A stretch of DNA of 64,000 nucleotides from Mobula hypostoma (taxonomy: Eukaryota), in NCBI RefSeq assembly GCF_963921235.1, contig NC_086107.1, positions 98,086,001 through 98,150,000 on the forward strand. Reading direction: 5' to 3'. Under the pieces are notes generated by a model. That model was given only the letters and a program-made list of their open reading frames with translations, did not search any database and was not told where the DNA came from. Positions 28,428-40,594 of the stretch are shown here, in pieces. The translations under genes were made by a program, and so were the position numbers. How positions within the stretch are numbered: position 1 is the first letter of the stretch; each line of letters starts with the position of its first letter.

Positions 28428-28960
28428 TAAGAACACAAGAAACAGGAGCAGGAGTCGGCCATCTGGCCCGTTGAGCCTGCTCCACCATTCAATAAGATCT
28501 CGGTTGATCTGACCATGGACTCATCTCCACCAACCTGCCTTTGCCCCATAACCTTTAATTCCCCTACTATGCAAAAATCTATCCAACTCTTGTCTGAAAT
28601 ATATTTACTGAGGTAGCCTCCACTGCTTCACTGGGCAGAGAATTCCACAGATTCACCACCCTCTGGGAAAAGCAGTTCCTCATCTCCATCCTAAATCCAC
28701 TCCCCCGAATCTTGAGGCTATGTCCCCTAGTTCTAGTCCTACCTACCTGTGGAAGCAACTTTCCTGCCTCTATCTTATCCATCCCTTTCATAATTTTATA
28801 CATAATTTTATACATTTCTATAAGATCTCCTCTCATTCTTCTGAATTCCAGCGAGTGCAGTCCCAGGTGATTCAATCTCTCCTCATAGTCTAAACCCCTC
28901 ATCTCCGGAATCAACCTGGTGAATGCCTCCAAAGCCAGTACATCCTTCCTCAAGTATATC
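28428..28960 (-). mobile_element. CR1 3' fragment
   Basis: Translation RLIPEMRGLDYEERL..LGLHSLEFRRMRGDLIE...TRGHSLKIRG...FSQRVVNLWNSLP. Confidence 0.88.
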
Positions 28961-29809
28961 AGAAAGAAGGCCGACAGGAACAACACCACAGGAGGGGCAT
29001 CATTCCAAGTCACACACCTTCCACAGACCACAGGCAACTCATGGCCAGATACAAAAGAAAACACAACAGTGAAAATCTTAACTAAATTGAAGGACACGGC
29101 CCCACAACTGTGCAACACAGCCAAGCATTCTACGTCACACCTTAACCCACAGCATCTAGAGGCTCCATGCAGCATTATCACAGACGCCAGCAGACATACA
29201 TCACTCCATTCCAAGGAGCAATAAACAGTACCGTTACCACTGTAACCACACCTGCAGAAAGAACTGCTCACTGAACCAACTGGCACAGTTCAATACCAGG
29301 GACAGGTTGCTGTGCAGTGACCCACAAGTCCCAAAATTTACAAGAAGTTTAGCACCCCAGTGTGCCATGAGAGAACAAACACTCTGCAAATAGGTGATTG
29401 TGAGAGCAGAACAAAGGGGAGAAGTAAATTTGGTTATGTTTCCTTCTCTAATCTCCCTGTGGTTTTTGACCATCCACAAAGCTGCAATGTTCACAACACA
29501 ATCATAAGTATAGGCTCCAATATCAGATAATATTGAGTTGCAAGGCTTCAGAGAGAACGCTTCACTACATAAACAAAGTATGGAACTATACAGTCCTTGT
29601 GTCTGAGGGAACTTGTTTACTTACATACAGCATTGCATGTCTTTGTACAACAGCAGCACAGGTGGACATTTGAAATCTGCATTTTCCCACCTGACAGGTA
29701 ACACCTTTGTGAACATGTAATCACACTGGAACTGTCTGCCCTCTTGAAAGCTCACAGTAAGTGATTACCACATAGAATGCACGTCACAATTATGAATCTA
29801 TACGTATTA

Positions 29810-30340
29810 AAATTCAAAGTAAATTTAACCATTTAAAATGTCACCATATACAACCTTGAGTTTCATTTTCTTGTGGACATACTCAATAAATCTATAGACT
29901 ATAACCATAACAGGATCAATGAAAGACTACCCAACTAGGGCGTTCAACCACAGTACAAAAGACAACAAACTATGCAAATACAAAAGGAAGAATTAATAAT
30001 AATAACAAAATAAGCAATAAATATCGAGAACATGAGATGAAGAGTCCTTGCAAGTGAGTCCACTGGTTGTGGGAACATCTCAATGATAGGGCAAGTGAAG
30101 TTATCCCCTTTGCTTCAAAACCCTGAGGGGTAATAACTGTTCCTGAGCCTGGTGGTTTGAGCCTGGAGATTCTTGTACCTTCTATGAGGGCAGCAACAAG
30201 AGGAGAGCACGCCCTTGGTGATGGTGGTACGGGTCCCTGATGACAACAGCTTTCCTGCAACAGCGTTTCATGTAGGTGGGCTGAATGGTTGGGAAGGCTT
30301 TACCCATGATGGACTGGGCTGTATCACTACTTGTTGCCAG
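29810..30340 (-). mobile_element. Rex1-type LINE 3' fragment
   Basis: Translation TAQSIMGKAFPTI..TYMKRCCRKA..IRDP.H...ALLLLLPS; the same 3' UTR family recurs near 46150-46940. Confidence 0.7.
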
Positions 30341-30574
30341 ATTTTCCCAGTTCTTCACTTCATCGCCTCCCCCTCTCCTGGTTTCACCTATCACCTGCCA
30401 CCTTGTACTTCTTCCTCCCCCACTTCCTTTCTGGTGCCGATCAAAGGTCTCGGCCTGAAATGTTCATTATTTACTCTTTTCCATAGATGGCTCCTGGCCT
30501 GCCAAGTTCCTCCAGTGTCTGTGTGCGCGTGCATCTGTGTGTGTGCACAACTGTGAATGTGTTGCTTTGGCCTA

Positions 30575-31925
30575 CATCAATTCTTCCCTTCCTGGGGGAA
30601 GATCCTTGAGAAATTCATGTTCAACCAACTCAAAAACTTTCTGAATGGGAACAATACTCTAGAAAAGTGTCAGGTCAGGTTTAGAGCAATCCACAGCACG
30701 GAGCTAGCCCTCAGCAAAATTGTCAGTGACCTCAGGCCCAGCACTGCTGCCAGAGTCTCAATTCCAATTCTTCTAGATCCAAGCGCTGCCTTTAACACAA
30801 CTGACCACAACACTTCCCAGATTGTCTTGAGAACTGGATTGACCTCTCTGGTAGTGCCCTTAATTGGTTTCATTCATATACCTTGTTGAGAACTTTTTTG
30901 TCCATCTTGGAGAGTAAACTTCTAGGTGAGATGATGTACCTTCTGGTGTTGCACAGGGAAGCTGTCTCTTCTCCTTATACATTCTCCTTAATGTCCCCTT
31001 AGGAGACATCATTAGAGAGCATAAACTTGCTTTACAGTCATCCAGATGACACATTTAACTGCACAGCTCTGTTAAGCCTGATGATGATAACACCTTTTCT
31101 TATCTGACTTCTGGTACGGCTCCAATAATTTCATAAAACTAAATAAAGATTAAACTGAAATACTTCAGGTCGGTTCCAAAGGCAAAAGAGATAAACTTGG
31201 GAACTTGGCTCTCCTTGTAAAATCAGAAGTAACGAGCCTGCGTGTTATCCTTGATTCAGATTTGAATTTTAAATCCCACATAAAGAAAGTAACCAGAGCA
31301 GCATTTCCACACTCAAGAAATATTGCAAAAGGAAGTCCGTTTCTGTCAGATAATGATACTGAAAACTAACTTATGTCTTTATATCAAATAGATTAGATTA
31401 CTGCAGTGCATTTTGTACTGATCTCCCAAAGCCATCTTTCAGAATGCTACTGCTAGACTTTTAATTGAAACCAGGATGGGGGAACATACCATTCCCATAC
31501 TCTGCAATGGCTTCCTGCTTCTTTTAGAATTGATTTTAAAAGTTCTCTTACTTGTTTTTAAAGTTTCTTAATGGCCTAGGACCAGAATACAGCACAGGAT
31601 CATTTTTGTCTTATAATCCTGCTCGAGCTTTCAAGTCTTCTTCCGCCCGTCTCTTAAATTTAAGCAATCTCCCTCAAAAGGTAATTGGCAAGTCAGGTTT
31701 TTGAACTACGCTCCTAAACTCTAGGATTCAATAGCTAAAACTGTACAGGGTATAGACTCAGTTGACAGTTTCAAACGCCAGTTCAAAACCTGTTTAACTT
31801 TGCTTTCAAACAATGTCTTTCTCTCTTATTTTCATGTTTATTTTTTAAATTTATTTTCATATTTGTACTTTCATACCATTGTAAAGCAACTTGAACTAGA
31901 TCATCTGTACAAAAATATTTAAAAT
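30575..31925 (+). mobile_element. L2-type LINE RT fragment, decayed
   Basis: Translation KILEKFMFNQLKNFL...FRAIHSTELAL...LLDPSAAFNTTDH, GVAQGS, RLDYC, RIDFKVLLLVFK. Confidence 0.8.
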
Positions 31926-32443
31926 TATATTATCTGCATCAGAACTGATCACTTCTCTATTACAAGTCATCACCTGTAACATTGGTTCCATGTAGTGATT
32001 AGACCATAAGACATCGTGATGCTCGACCAGCTGATCTATCATCTCTTCCTCCACCCTCTCTCCCTTCCCTATCTCATAGCTTTGATGTTTCTTTGTTCAA
32101 TCGTTCTCATGAACTTATTAACTTCAACAACACTGCATTCTCACAGTGATCCTAGCCCCAATCTGTCAAAGATGTACCCTATATCCTATCCATCCTTGAT
32201 CCGAGTTCCCACTCTGGAAGCAAGAGCTGCTGGGACTTGCTTCTGGGCTTCTGTCCATGAACTGGAGGAAGGGGATGTGGCAGTGGGGTGAGGTCGAAGA
32301 TGCACACTTGATACACGGTTTGATGCGCCGCCTCCCCTGACTGAGGTACAGAGAGAGGCCCAGGGGACTGAGGTACAGAGGCCCGGGGGACCACTTGTAC
32401 TGATAGCAGGAACTGTGGCTTAGAGAAGGAGACAGGGACCCAC

Positions 32444-32565
32444 CTGACAGGACTCTCCCTGTAGGATGGTGCACCAACGGTGACAGAGCCCCCACTGCTG
32501 CTTGAAGCATCGTCATCATCCTGGTAGTAACCGGTTGTGGCAAGGCGTATGCTGCGACGAGACAT
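32444..32565 (-). CDS. SUN2: SUN2 first coding exon (MSRRSIRLATTGYYQDDDDASSSSGGSVTVGAPSYRESPV-R); exon begins at 32621 with 56 nt before the ATG
   Basis: Translation resembles the vertebrate SUN2 N-terminus (MSRRSQRL..GDDDGSSSSGGS..DSPLR). Pyrimidine-rich acceptor ttctcttttctttcag ends at 32622; donor CAG|gtgggt at 32443; 122 nt coding, phase 2. Confidence 0.93.
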
Positions 32566-32735
32566 CCTCGCCGGAGCGCGACCCGGATTCCGATCCGAGC
32601 AGTGCGAGCTGCTGACGCTAACTGAAAGAAAAGAGAAACAGTGTAATTATCCAGCAGGAGAAGGACTGAAACATGGGACAGTTCTGCCACCATATTCGCT
32701 AGCTGGGCTGGGGGTAGCTTCTCATACAGAGGAAC

Positions 32736-33656
32736 ATCGAACATAGAAATCTACAGCACATTACAGGCCCTTCAGCCCACAATGTTGTGCTAACCATGTA
32801 ACCTAGTCTAGAAACTGTCTAGAATTTCCCTACTGCATAGCCCTCTGTTTTTCTAAGCTCCATATACCTATCTAAGAGTCTCTTAAAAGACCCAATTGTA
32901 TCTGCCTCTACTATCGTTACTGGTAGTGCATTCCATGCACCCACCACTCTATGTAGAAAAAATTACTCTGACATCCCCTTGTACCTACTTCCAAGCACCT
33001 TAAAACTATGTCCCTTTTTGTTAGCCCTGGGAAAAAGCCTCTGGCTATCTACACGATCAATGCCCCTCATCATCTTATACACCTCTATCAGGTCACCTCT
33101 CACCCTCCGTTGCGCCAAGGAGAAAAGGCCAAGTTCACTCAACCTATTCTCATAAGGCACGCCCTCCAATCCAGGCAACATCCTTGTAAATCTCCTCTGC
33201 ATTCTCTCTATAGAATCCACATCCTTCCTGTAGTGAGGTGACCAGAACTGAACACGATACTCCAAGTGGGGTCTAACTAAGGTCTTATATAGCTTTACCA
33301 TTACTTCATGGCTCTTGAAATCAATCCTACAGCTGATGAGGCCATCACAACATACACCTTAACAACACTTCCAACCTGCGCAGCAGCTTTGAGTGTCTTA
33401 TGGACATGGACCCCAAGATCTCGCTGATCCTCCACACTGCCAGGAGTTTTACCATTAACATTATGCTGTGTCTTCAAATTTGACGTTGAGCTCCATCTGC
33501 CACTTCTCAGCCCAGTTCTGCATCCTATTGATGTCACGCTGTAACCACTGACAATCCTCCAGACTATCCACAACACTCCCAACTCCTGTGTTATCAGCAA
33601 ACTTACTAAGCCACCCTTCTTCTTCCTCATCCAGGTCATTTATAAAAATCTCAAGG
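32736..33656 (-). mobile_element. CR1 3' fragment, ending about 115 bp upstream of the acceptor of the first SUN2 coding exon
   Basis: Translation [44 protein letters not shown]. Confidence 0.9.
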
Positions 33657-35277
33657 TGGGGGGGTCTCAGAAGAGATCTGGGAAGCGTGTGGGAGCCACT
33701 CACGTTCCTGCTAGGATTGGTGGGGGGGGGCGCATAGACCAGAACCTGTGACCTGAGGAGCCCGAGTAGGGCCCTATGAAGGACAGCCCCACATGCTGCT
33801 AGGTGTGTGCGCTGGGGGCCATGCTGTCATCCCACATGGGCTCCCAGCATTAATCATGTACCTCCGTGCATTGCCGCTCACAGCTCCTGCTGGTACTGGG
33901 CATCGTGGGTTCAATCCTCACCATCTCACTCCCACACTCCACTGAGTGGTTTCAACAGCACGAAGAGGAAACGGGGTTCAGGCCTGTCCTTGCTGGGAGT
34001 AAGACCCCCATGCCTTAGCCCAGCAGCAGCCACTGGCATTGTGCTCATTGTGAACAGCTCAGTGATCACTATCCATCACAAAGCCATGATCCTTCACAAA
34101 TACCTCAATTTCACTTCCACTCTGCTTCCTGCACGGTCTCCATCCTAATCTGCACTTCCACTAGCTGTCATACCTGCTCTGATGGCAGATTCTACAGTGC
34201 CTCAAGTTGTCTACTTCTTCCTAAACTTTGGCTTCCTCTCCTCCACAGCTGACTCAACTCTTGACCACATCTCAACCATTTTCCACACCTCTACTCTCAA
34301 TGCTCTCCTCCGACCTGCCCAGTATATTCACCACCTCCCTTTTTCAGGTCAGACTCTCAAAACCTACATGCTTTTAAGCTTTTCAACCAGAGGCCGCCAG
34401 CCCCAACGAGAACACTACTTCCACTCAAAGCACCAGCTTATACAACAGGTAGTAGATAAAATCTGAAACACCACCAGCCACAGCTTGCGTGACAACAAAG
34501 CAACCCACAAAACTACTGTTCACAGGCATTTACACTGCAGAACTTCTTTTCAGAAAACCATTCTCCACCTCCTGCTTTCTTTGTCTGGATGACAGGTCTG
34601 AGTATTTTACATGGGGCCCATTATCAAAAAACAGGCAATTTCTGCTGGGATGGGAGTGCACCCACAGATACGAAACCTCCAGATACCGTGTCTGATAGGT
34701 GAAAAGTTAGTTAGCAATGCCCAGCGTCACAGCCACTGACTGCCTGCTTCTGGAAAGGGTGATCCAGTTCACTAACCACCCTACCCCCCGACTGGCTAGC
34801 AATACATTACACTTCCAGTATTTCTCTAGTTTGTTTGCAAGGTTCGCTGGATCTGTTCCCAGATCCACTGGAAAGAAAATCTTACTGAAAATAAAAAACT
34901 GTGGGTGTCTCCAATCACATTAATAACCCTGTGCCCTCAAGGTACTGGTCCTTCTGCCACCAATTTCTCCTCCCGTACTTTATGTAAAATCATGAAGGGT
35001 TTACACATGCCTGCCCCTGGCCTGCTCCACAAGAGTTCAGGTTCACTCATTTCCAAAACCCTTCACCTCCATTTTGTCTCTGCTCTCTCTCTCTCTCTCA
35101 TTGACCTCCTGACGACAAGGTGTCCTGAATGGGACACAACGCCCCAGATGGTCCCAGCAGGAATTTTACAACCCACTTGCTTCAGATCCGATACGCATTT
35201 TTTAAAAAAAAACACTTCCTCAACAGTCTAACCACCTCTGTGATCTGTGCCTGCGCGCCTGCGTTGACAGCCACATT

Positions 35278-36860
35278 TTCATCAACTTCCCCCAGATTCT
35301 ACCACTCACAGTGGGGGCAATTTACACTGGCCAGACAACCTACCAACCCACACGTTAGAAAACTGGAGCACCCAAATGAAACCCACATGGTCACGGTCAC
35401 AGAGAGAACGTACAAACTCCATACTGACTGCACTGGAGGGCAGGATGGAACTCAGGCCTCTGGCACTGCGACACTGCGGCTCTATCAGTCGTTCCTCTTG
35501 TCACTCGGGCTTCCATATTACTGATAAGAACTAAAGACATTTCAAACATTTTGCAAAACCTTTTAGTTATTTTGGAATAAATAAAAGCAAATCTGCTGTT
35601 CAAGTACAAGAATGCACTTAACAAATCTGTGCAGTGCCTCTTGGTAGATAAGATCAGGTGAGGGGGAAGGTGTGGGGACGAAGTAAAAAGCTGGGAGGTG
35701 ATAGGTGGAAGAGCTGAAGGATGGAAGAAGGAGGAATCTAATAGGGGAGGACAATGGACCAATGACAATAAAGGAAGGGGGGGGCGATGGGCAGGTGAAC
35801 AGAAGGGATGAGAGGGTAACCGGAATGGAAAATGAGAGAAGGGGAGAAGGGGAATGGCAAATAGTTAGAGATATTGAGGTTCATGCCACCAGGTTGGAGG
35901 CCACCAATTCAGAATATGAAGTGTTGCTCTTCCAACCCAAGTTTGGCCTCATCATGGCAATAGAGAAGGCGATGGACCAACATGTCAGAATAGGACATCT
36001 CGCCTATCACCTGCCAGCTTGTACTCCTTTTCCTCCGTTAACCTTTTCCTGACTTCTGCCCCCCACCTTTCCAGTCTTGCTCAAGGGTTTTGGCCTGAAT
36101 CGCCGACTGTCTATTCCTCTCCATGGATGTGGCCTGACCTGCTGGGACCCTCTAGCATTTTGTGTGTACTGCTGAAGATTTCCATCATATGTAGAATCTC
36201 TTCTAGTGCTAGTGTCTCTCTTGTTACTCCTTTTACATCCAAGATGATGTTAATTTACTTCCATATTGTTTCCAAAAGTTTTCCCCCAGGATCATAAATG
36301 AATACCATGGCCTCTCACTGTCTTTTCTTAAATGAGGTTCCAATAAGTGCAAACTCTTTGGGTCCCCGGCACCATCCTTGTATCCAAAAGAAGCTTGGAA
36401 GATGTGGGTGATTTCCACTCTTATTGCCCGCAGCAGTTGTCCACCAATCCAGGTGGGACGATATCTGCTTTGTCACCACATCAAGTACAGATCTCCATTT
36501 CTGGCGCCCAGCTGGCTGCATCATTGTCATCCCTTGTACCGTCAATTTTCCTTTAAAGGTCCTCAGCATTCTGAAATTCAACCTCCCATCCTCTCTATTA
36601 TTTTCCTTCTAACATCGTCTGAGTGCTTAAACCCTCATTCCCTCCTTTATTATCCAGCTTAACTCTGTTATGTTCTGTTTCTGCTCTCCCCTTTCTCACT
36701 GCCTCTTTTTCTCTCCCCCCACTGCACCCTTTTTCAACCTCCCCCCTCACTGCTTTCTTTCTCCCACCTCACTCTCCACCTCTCCCCTTCCCTTTTCTCT
36801 CCATCTTTCATTCTGTCTTCTCCCTTTCTGTCTCTCTTTCCCACCCCCTCCCTCTCTCTC
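35278..36860 (+). repeat. Segmental duplication copy A (V-SINE + Penelope fragments + old CR1 fragment + CT-rich tract)
   Basis: Same components, order and junctions as 48259-49107 plus 53125-53500. Confidence 0.85.
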
Positions 36861-37479
36861 CATGGTGATACATAGTGCATTATCACACTAAAGAAAGGCA
36901 AAATCCCATTTCCAGGCACAATATACCAGGCCTCCAGCCTCTTCAATTTGCTGGCACACACTTTCATACAGATCATTCAACACTGTTTCCGTACTTAACG
37001 AAACCTTTGAATACGGTAATTGTTATTTTCAAGATGCTCTCTCATCACACATTCTCTACTTAAACCACTAAATTCCCAAGATTGAGTCCAGCAATTCCTT
37101 CAGCTTGGAAGAACCACAATCTCTTGTGCGCATGTCAGCAATTCTTCCCTTAATGCAATTGGTCAAATTATGGCAAACTCACTCACAGTCAGAGATCCTC
37201 AGTACTGAATCAGTAAAGATTAAGATTACTGAGAGACAGGATTTCCTCTGGTCTTTGGTAGCGTGTGTTGGGTAATCTGTACAGTTTGTTCCATCACATC
37301 TGGTTCCACCCATAGTCTGACAATTTACCTGAGGTAACAATGGAAATGCAAATTGGGAGCCACATCTGACATCACAATTGCAGTGACAGAAGTCAGCTCA
37401 ACTGAAGTTCCTTATGCTGCATTGAAAAAAAACAACCTCAGTGCAGCCACTAGAAATGCTTGTTCAAGACAGGAGGTGT

Positions 37480-38055
37480 GTCAGAGGACTAGAATACAGA
37501 AATCAAGGATATAATGCTGAGGCTTTATAAGGCATTGGTCAGACCGCACGGAGTAGTGCAGAGCAATGTTGCACCCCCTCATCTGGGAAAAGGCATGCTG
37601 GCACTGGAAAAGTTCCAGAGGGGGTTCACGAGAATGATGGGTTGACGTACGAGGAGCATTTGCTGGCTCTGGGCCTTGACTCGCCGGACATCAGAAGATT
37701 CAGAGGGGATCTCACTGAAACCTATTGAATACTGAAAGGCCTGGATAGGGTGGACGTGGAGAGGATGTTCGTGGGGTAGTCTAGGACCAGGGGGCACAGC
37801 CTCAGAATGCAGAATATCCCTTTAAAACAGAGATGGAGAGAAATTTCTTTAGCCAGAATCTGTGGAATTCATTGCCAGACAGCTGTAGATGCTAAGGCAG
37901 GGGCATTTTTAAAACTGAGGCTGATTAGTAATGGCAAAGGTTATGGGGAGAAAGCGGAAGAATGGAGTTGAGAGGGATAATAAATCAGCCATGATTGAAT
38001 CTACTTCGCCTTTCAACGGGCCAAATGGCCCAATCCTGCTCCTATGACCTATTGT
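37480..38055 (+). mobile_element. CR1 3' fragment
   Basis: Nucleotide similarity to other CR1 3' ends (ctttataaggcattggtcagacc, ggggatctcactgaaacc, tgtggaattcattgcc). Confidence 0.75.
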
Positions 38056-39171
38056 CAATGCTCCTACACTCTTAGCACCAAGAATTAACTAACTACGGTG
38101 TAGAAGTCTAATCAGCTCTTCATAACATGAATACATGAATCTACTCTCCTTGAAAGACTGTATTCCATCATAGATTTAAACAGCATGGAAATAAGCTCCT
38201 TTCCTCCAACATGTTCATATTCACCAAGTTGCCTACTTAGCTAGTCGCATTTGCCTATGTCGGCACACATCCTCCTACAGCTTTACAATCTATGAACCTG
38301 CCCATTGTCTCTTAAACGTTGCAGCTGTTCCCACTTCAACCACTTCCTCTGGCAACTTGTTCCATATAATCACCACTCTGTGGAAAATACTCAGGAGGAG
38401 TTTAGGAGGATTAATGGCGACTCCTCTGCTTGCATCTTTGGAAACAGCTCTATTTCCATCTTTAATATCCCTATTTTTCCCTTTCAGGGTTCTTTTGAAG
38501 GCCCTGACCTGGAGTTACATGCTGCCATGATCTCCTGGTTCTGGAGTCGGGCCGATCGAAGGTCGGCGTCAAGGCAGGAGATCGGTGTGTCATCAGGGGA
38601 GTCCGGAGATCTATGGCTGTGTGCCCAGAGAACTGAGATCTTTGGGCACAGAGCTCGGAAAAAGCGACACAATGGACTTCTAACGTTGTAAACCAGCAAG
38701 TCGTTTGCTATGTCTCCCCCCTCGCTGTGAAACTGAGCCACCTCTTTCTCCCTTATTGGGGGAGGGGGGGCCGTATGTCGAATACCAGATGAACAAGTAG
38801 TCTTTGGGGTAATGCAACTCTATGTCTTTGATGTTGCTTTGCTCGCACTTGAGTGCTTGGTAGCAGGAGCCAATGCTTTTTTTTGCCGGTGGGGGGAGGG
38901 GAGATCGTTGCTTGCTGCCGCCTATGCGTGGGAGGGAGGGGAGCTGGGGGGGTACTTTGGGGTTCTAACATTTAACTGTCATTGATTCTTTGGGGGTATT
39001 CCTATTTTCGTGGATGGTTGCAAAGACAAAGCATGTCAGGATTATATTGTATACATTTCTCTGACATTAAATGCACCTTTGAAACCTTTGAAAGTTTGGT
39101 CTCACCAAAATCTTGTACAGCTTCAGCATGATGCCTCCACTCCTGAGCAATAAAGGTAAACGTGCCACATG

Positions 39172-40349
39172 TCATTCCAGGACGAAGGAGATGTCCTCCT
39201 TTTTTAAAGAAAGGGGCTTCCTTTCCTCCACCATCAACTCTGCTCTCAAACTCATCTCTCCCACTTCACGCGCATCCGCTCTCACCCCATCCTCCCGCCA
39301 CCCCACTAGGAATAGGGTTCCCCCTGGTCCTCACCTACCACCCCACGAGCCTCCAGGTCCGACATATAATTCTCCGTAACTTCTGCCGCCTCCAACGGGA
39401 TCCCACCACTAAGCACACCTTTCCCTCCCCCACCCCTACTTTCCGCAGGGATCGCTCCCTATGTGACTCCCTTGTCCATTCGTTTCCACCCCCCCCCCCA
39501 TCCCTTCCCACTGATCTCCCTCCCGGCACTTATCCTTGTAAGCGGAACAAGTGCTACACATGCCCTTACACTTCCTCCCTCACCACCATTCAGGGCCCCA
39601 GACAGTCCTTCCAGGTGAGGCGACACTTCACCTGTGAGTCGGCTGGGGTGATATACTGCGTCTAGTGCTCCCAGTGTGGCATACTATAAATTGGCGAGAC
39701 CCGAGGCAGACTGGGAGACCGTTTCACTGAACACCTATGCTCTGTCCGCCAGAGAAAGCAGGATCTCCCAGTGGCCACACATTTTAATTCCACGTCCCAT
39801 TCCCATTCTGATATGTCTATCCATGGCCTCCTCTACTATCAAGATGAAGCCACACTCAGGTTGGAGGAACACCACTTTATATTCCATCTGGGTAGCCTCC
39901 AACGTGATGGCATGAACATTGACTTCTCAAACTTCTGCTAATGCATCCGTTATTTATTTATATACACACATTCTTTTTCTCTCTCTCCTTTTTTTCCCTC
40001 TGTCCCTCTCACTATACCCCTTGCCCATCCTCTGGGCTTCCCCCCCTCCCCCTTTCCTTCTCCCTAGGACTCCTGTCCCATGATCCTCTCATATCCCTTT
40101 GCCAATCACCTGTCCAGCTCTTGGCTCCATCCCTCCCCCTCTTGTCTTCCCCTATCATTTTGGATCTCCTCCTCCCCCTCCCCCTCTCAAATCTCTTACT
40201 ATCTATTCTTTCAGTTCGTCCTGATGAAGGGTCTCGGCTGGAAGCGTCGACTGTACCTCTTCCCGTAGATGCTGCCTGGCCTGTTGCGTTCACCAGCAAC
40301 TTTTATGTGTGTTGTTTGAAATCCCAGCATCTGCAGATTTCCTTGTGTT
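39172..40349 (+). mobile_element. Penelope-like element, 5'-truncated: GIY-YIG endonuclease plus terminal repeat
   Basis: Translation PLVLTYHP...FRRDRSL...C.RNKCYTC...FTCESAGVIYC..C..C...IGET.GRLGDRFTEH...LPVATHFN...GMNIDFSNF. Flanked by the 9-bp duplication TGCCACATG (39163-39171, 40350-40358) inside a CR1 fragment. Confidence 0.9.
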
Positions 40350-40594
40350 TGCCACATGCCTTCTCCACTCTTTCTACTTGTGTCACCACTGTAAGGAAAC
40401 TTATGTATTTGTACCCCTGGGTCTCTCTATTTACAATATTCCCGAGCCTTGGTTTAACTTCTCAAAGTACATCTCTCCACACTGTCTGCGTTAAATTCCA
40501 CCCACTTTCCCAGTTGATCTAGTTCCTGTTGTACCTTAGACGACTTTCTTTACTCTCCACCACACCACCCCCAATGTCATCCACAGATTTAACA

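Noticed and set aside
36233..36581. SUN-domain-like or novel duplicated exon (GPKEFALIG...FIYDPGGK)
   Set aside because: Read across frames it is an old CR1 RT fragment (LLRAIRVEI..THIFQAS.DTRMVP...FKK...GKLLETI) with stops and frameshifts.
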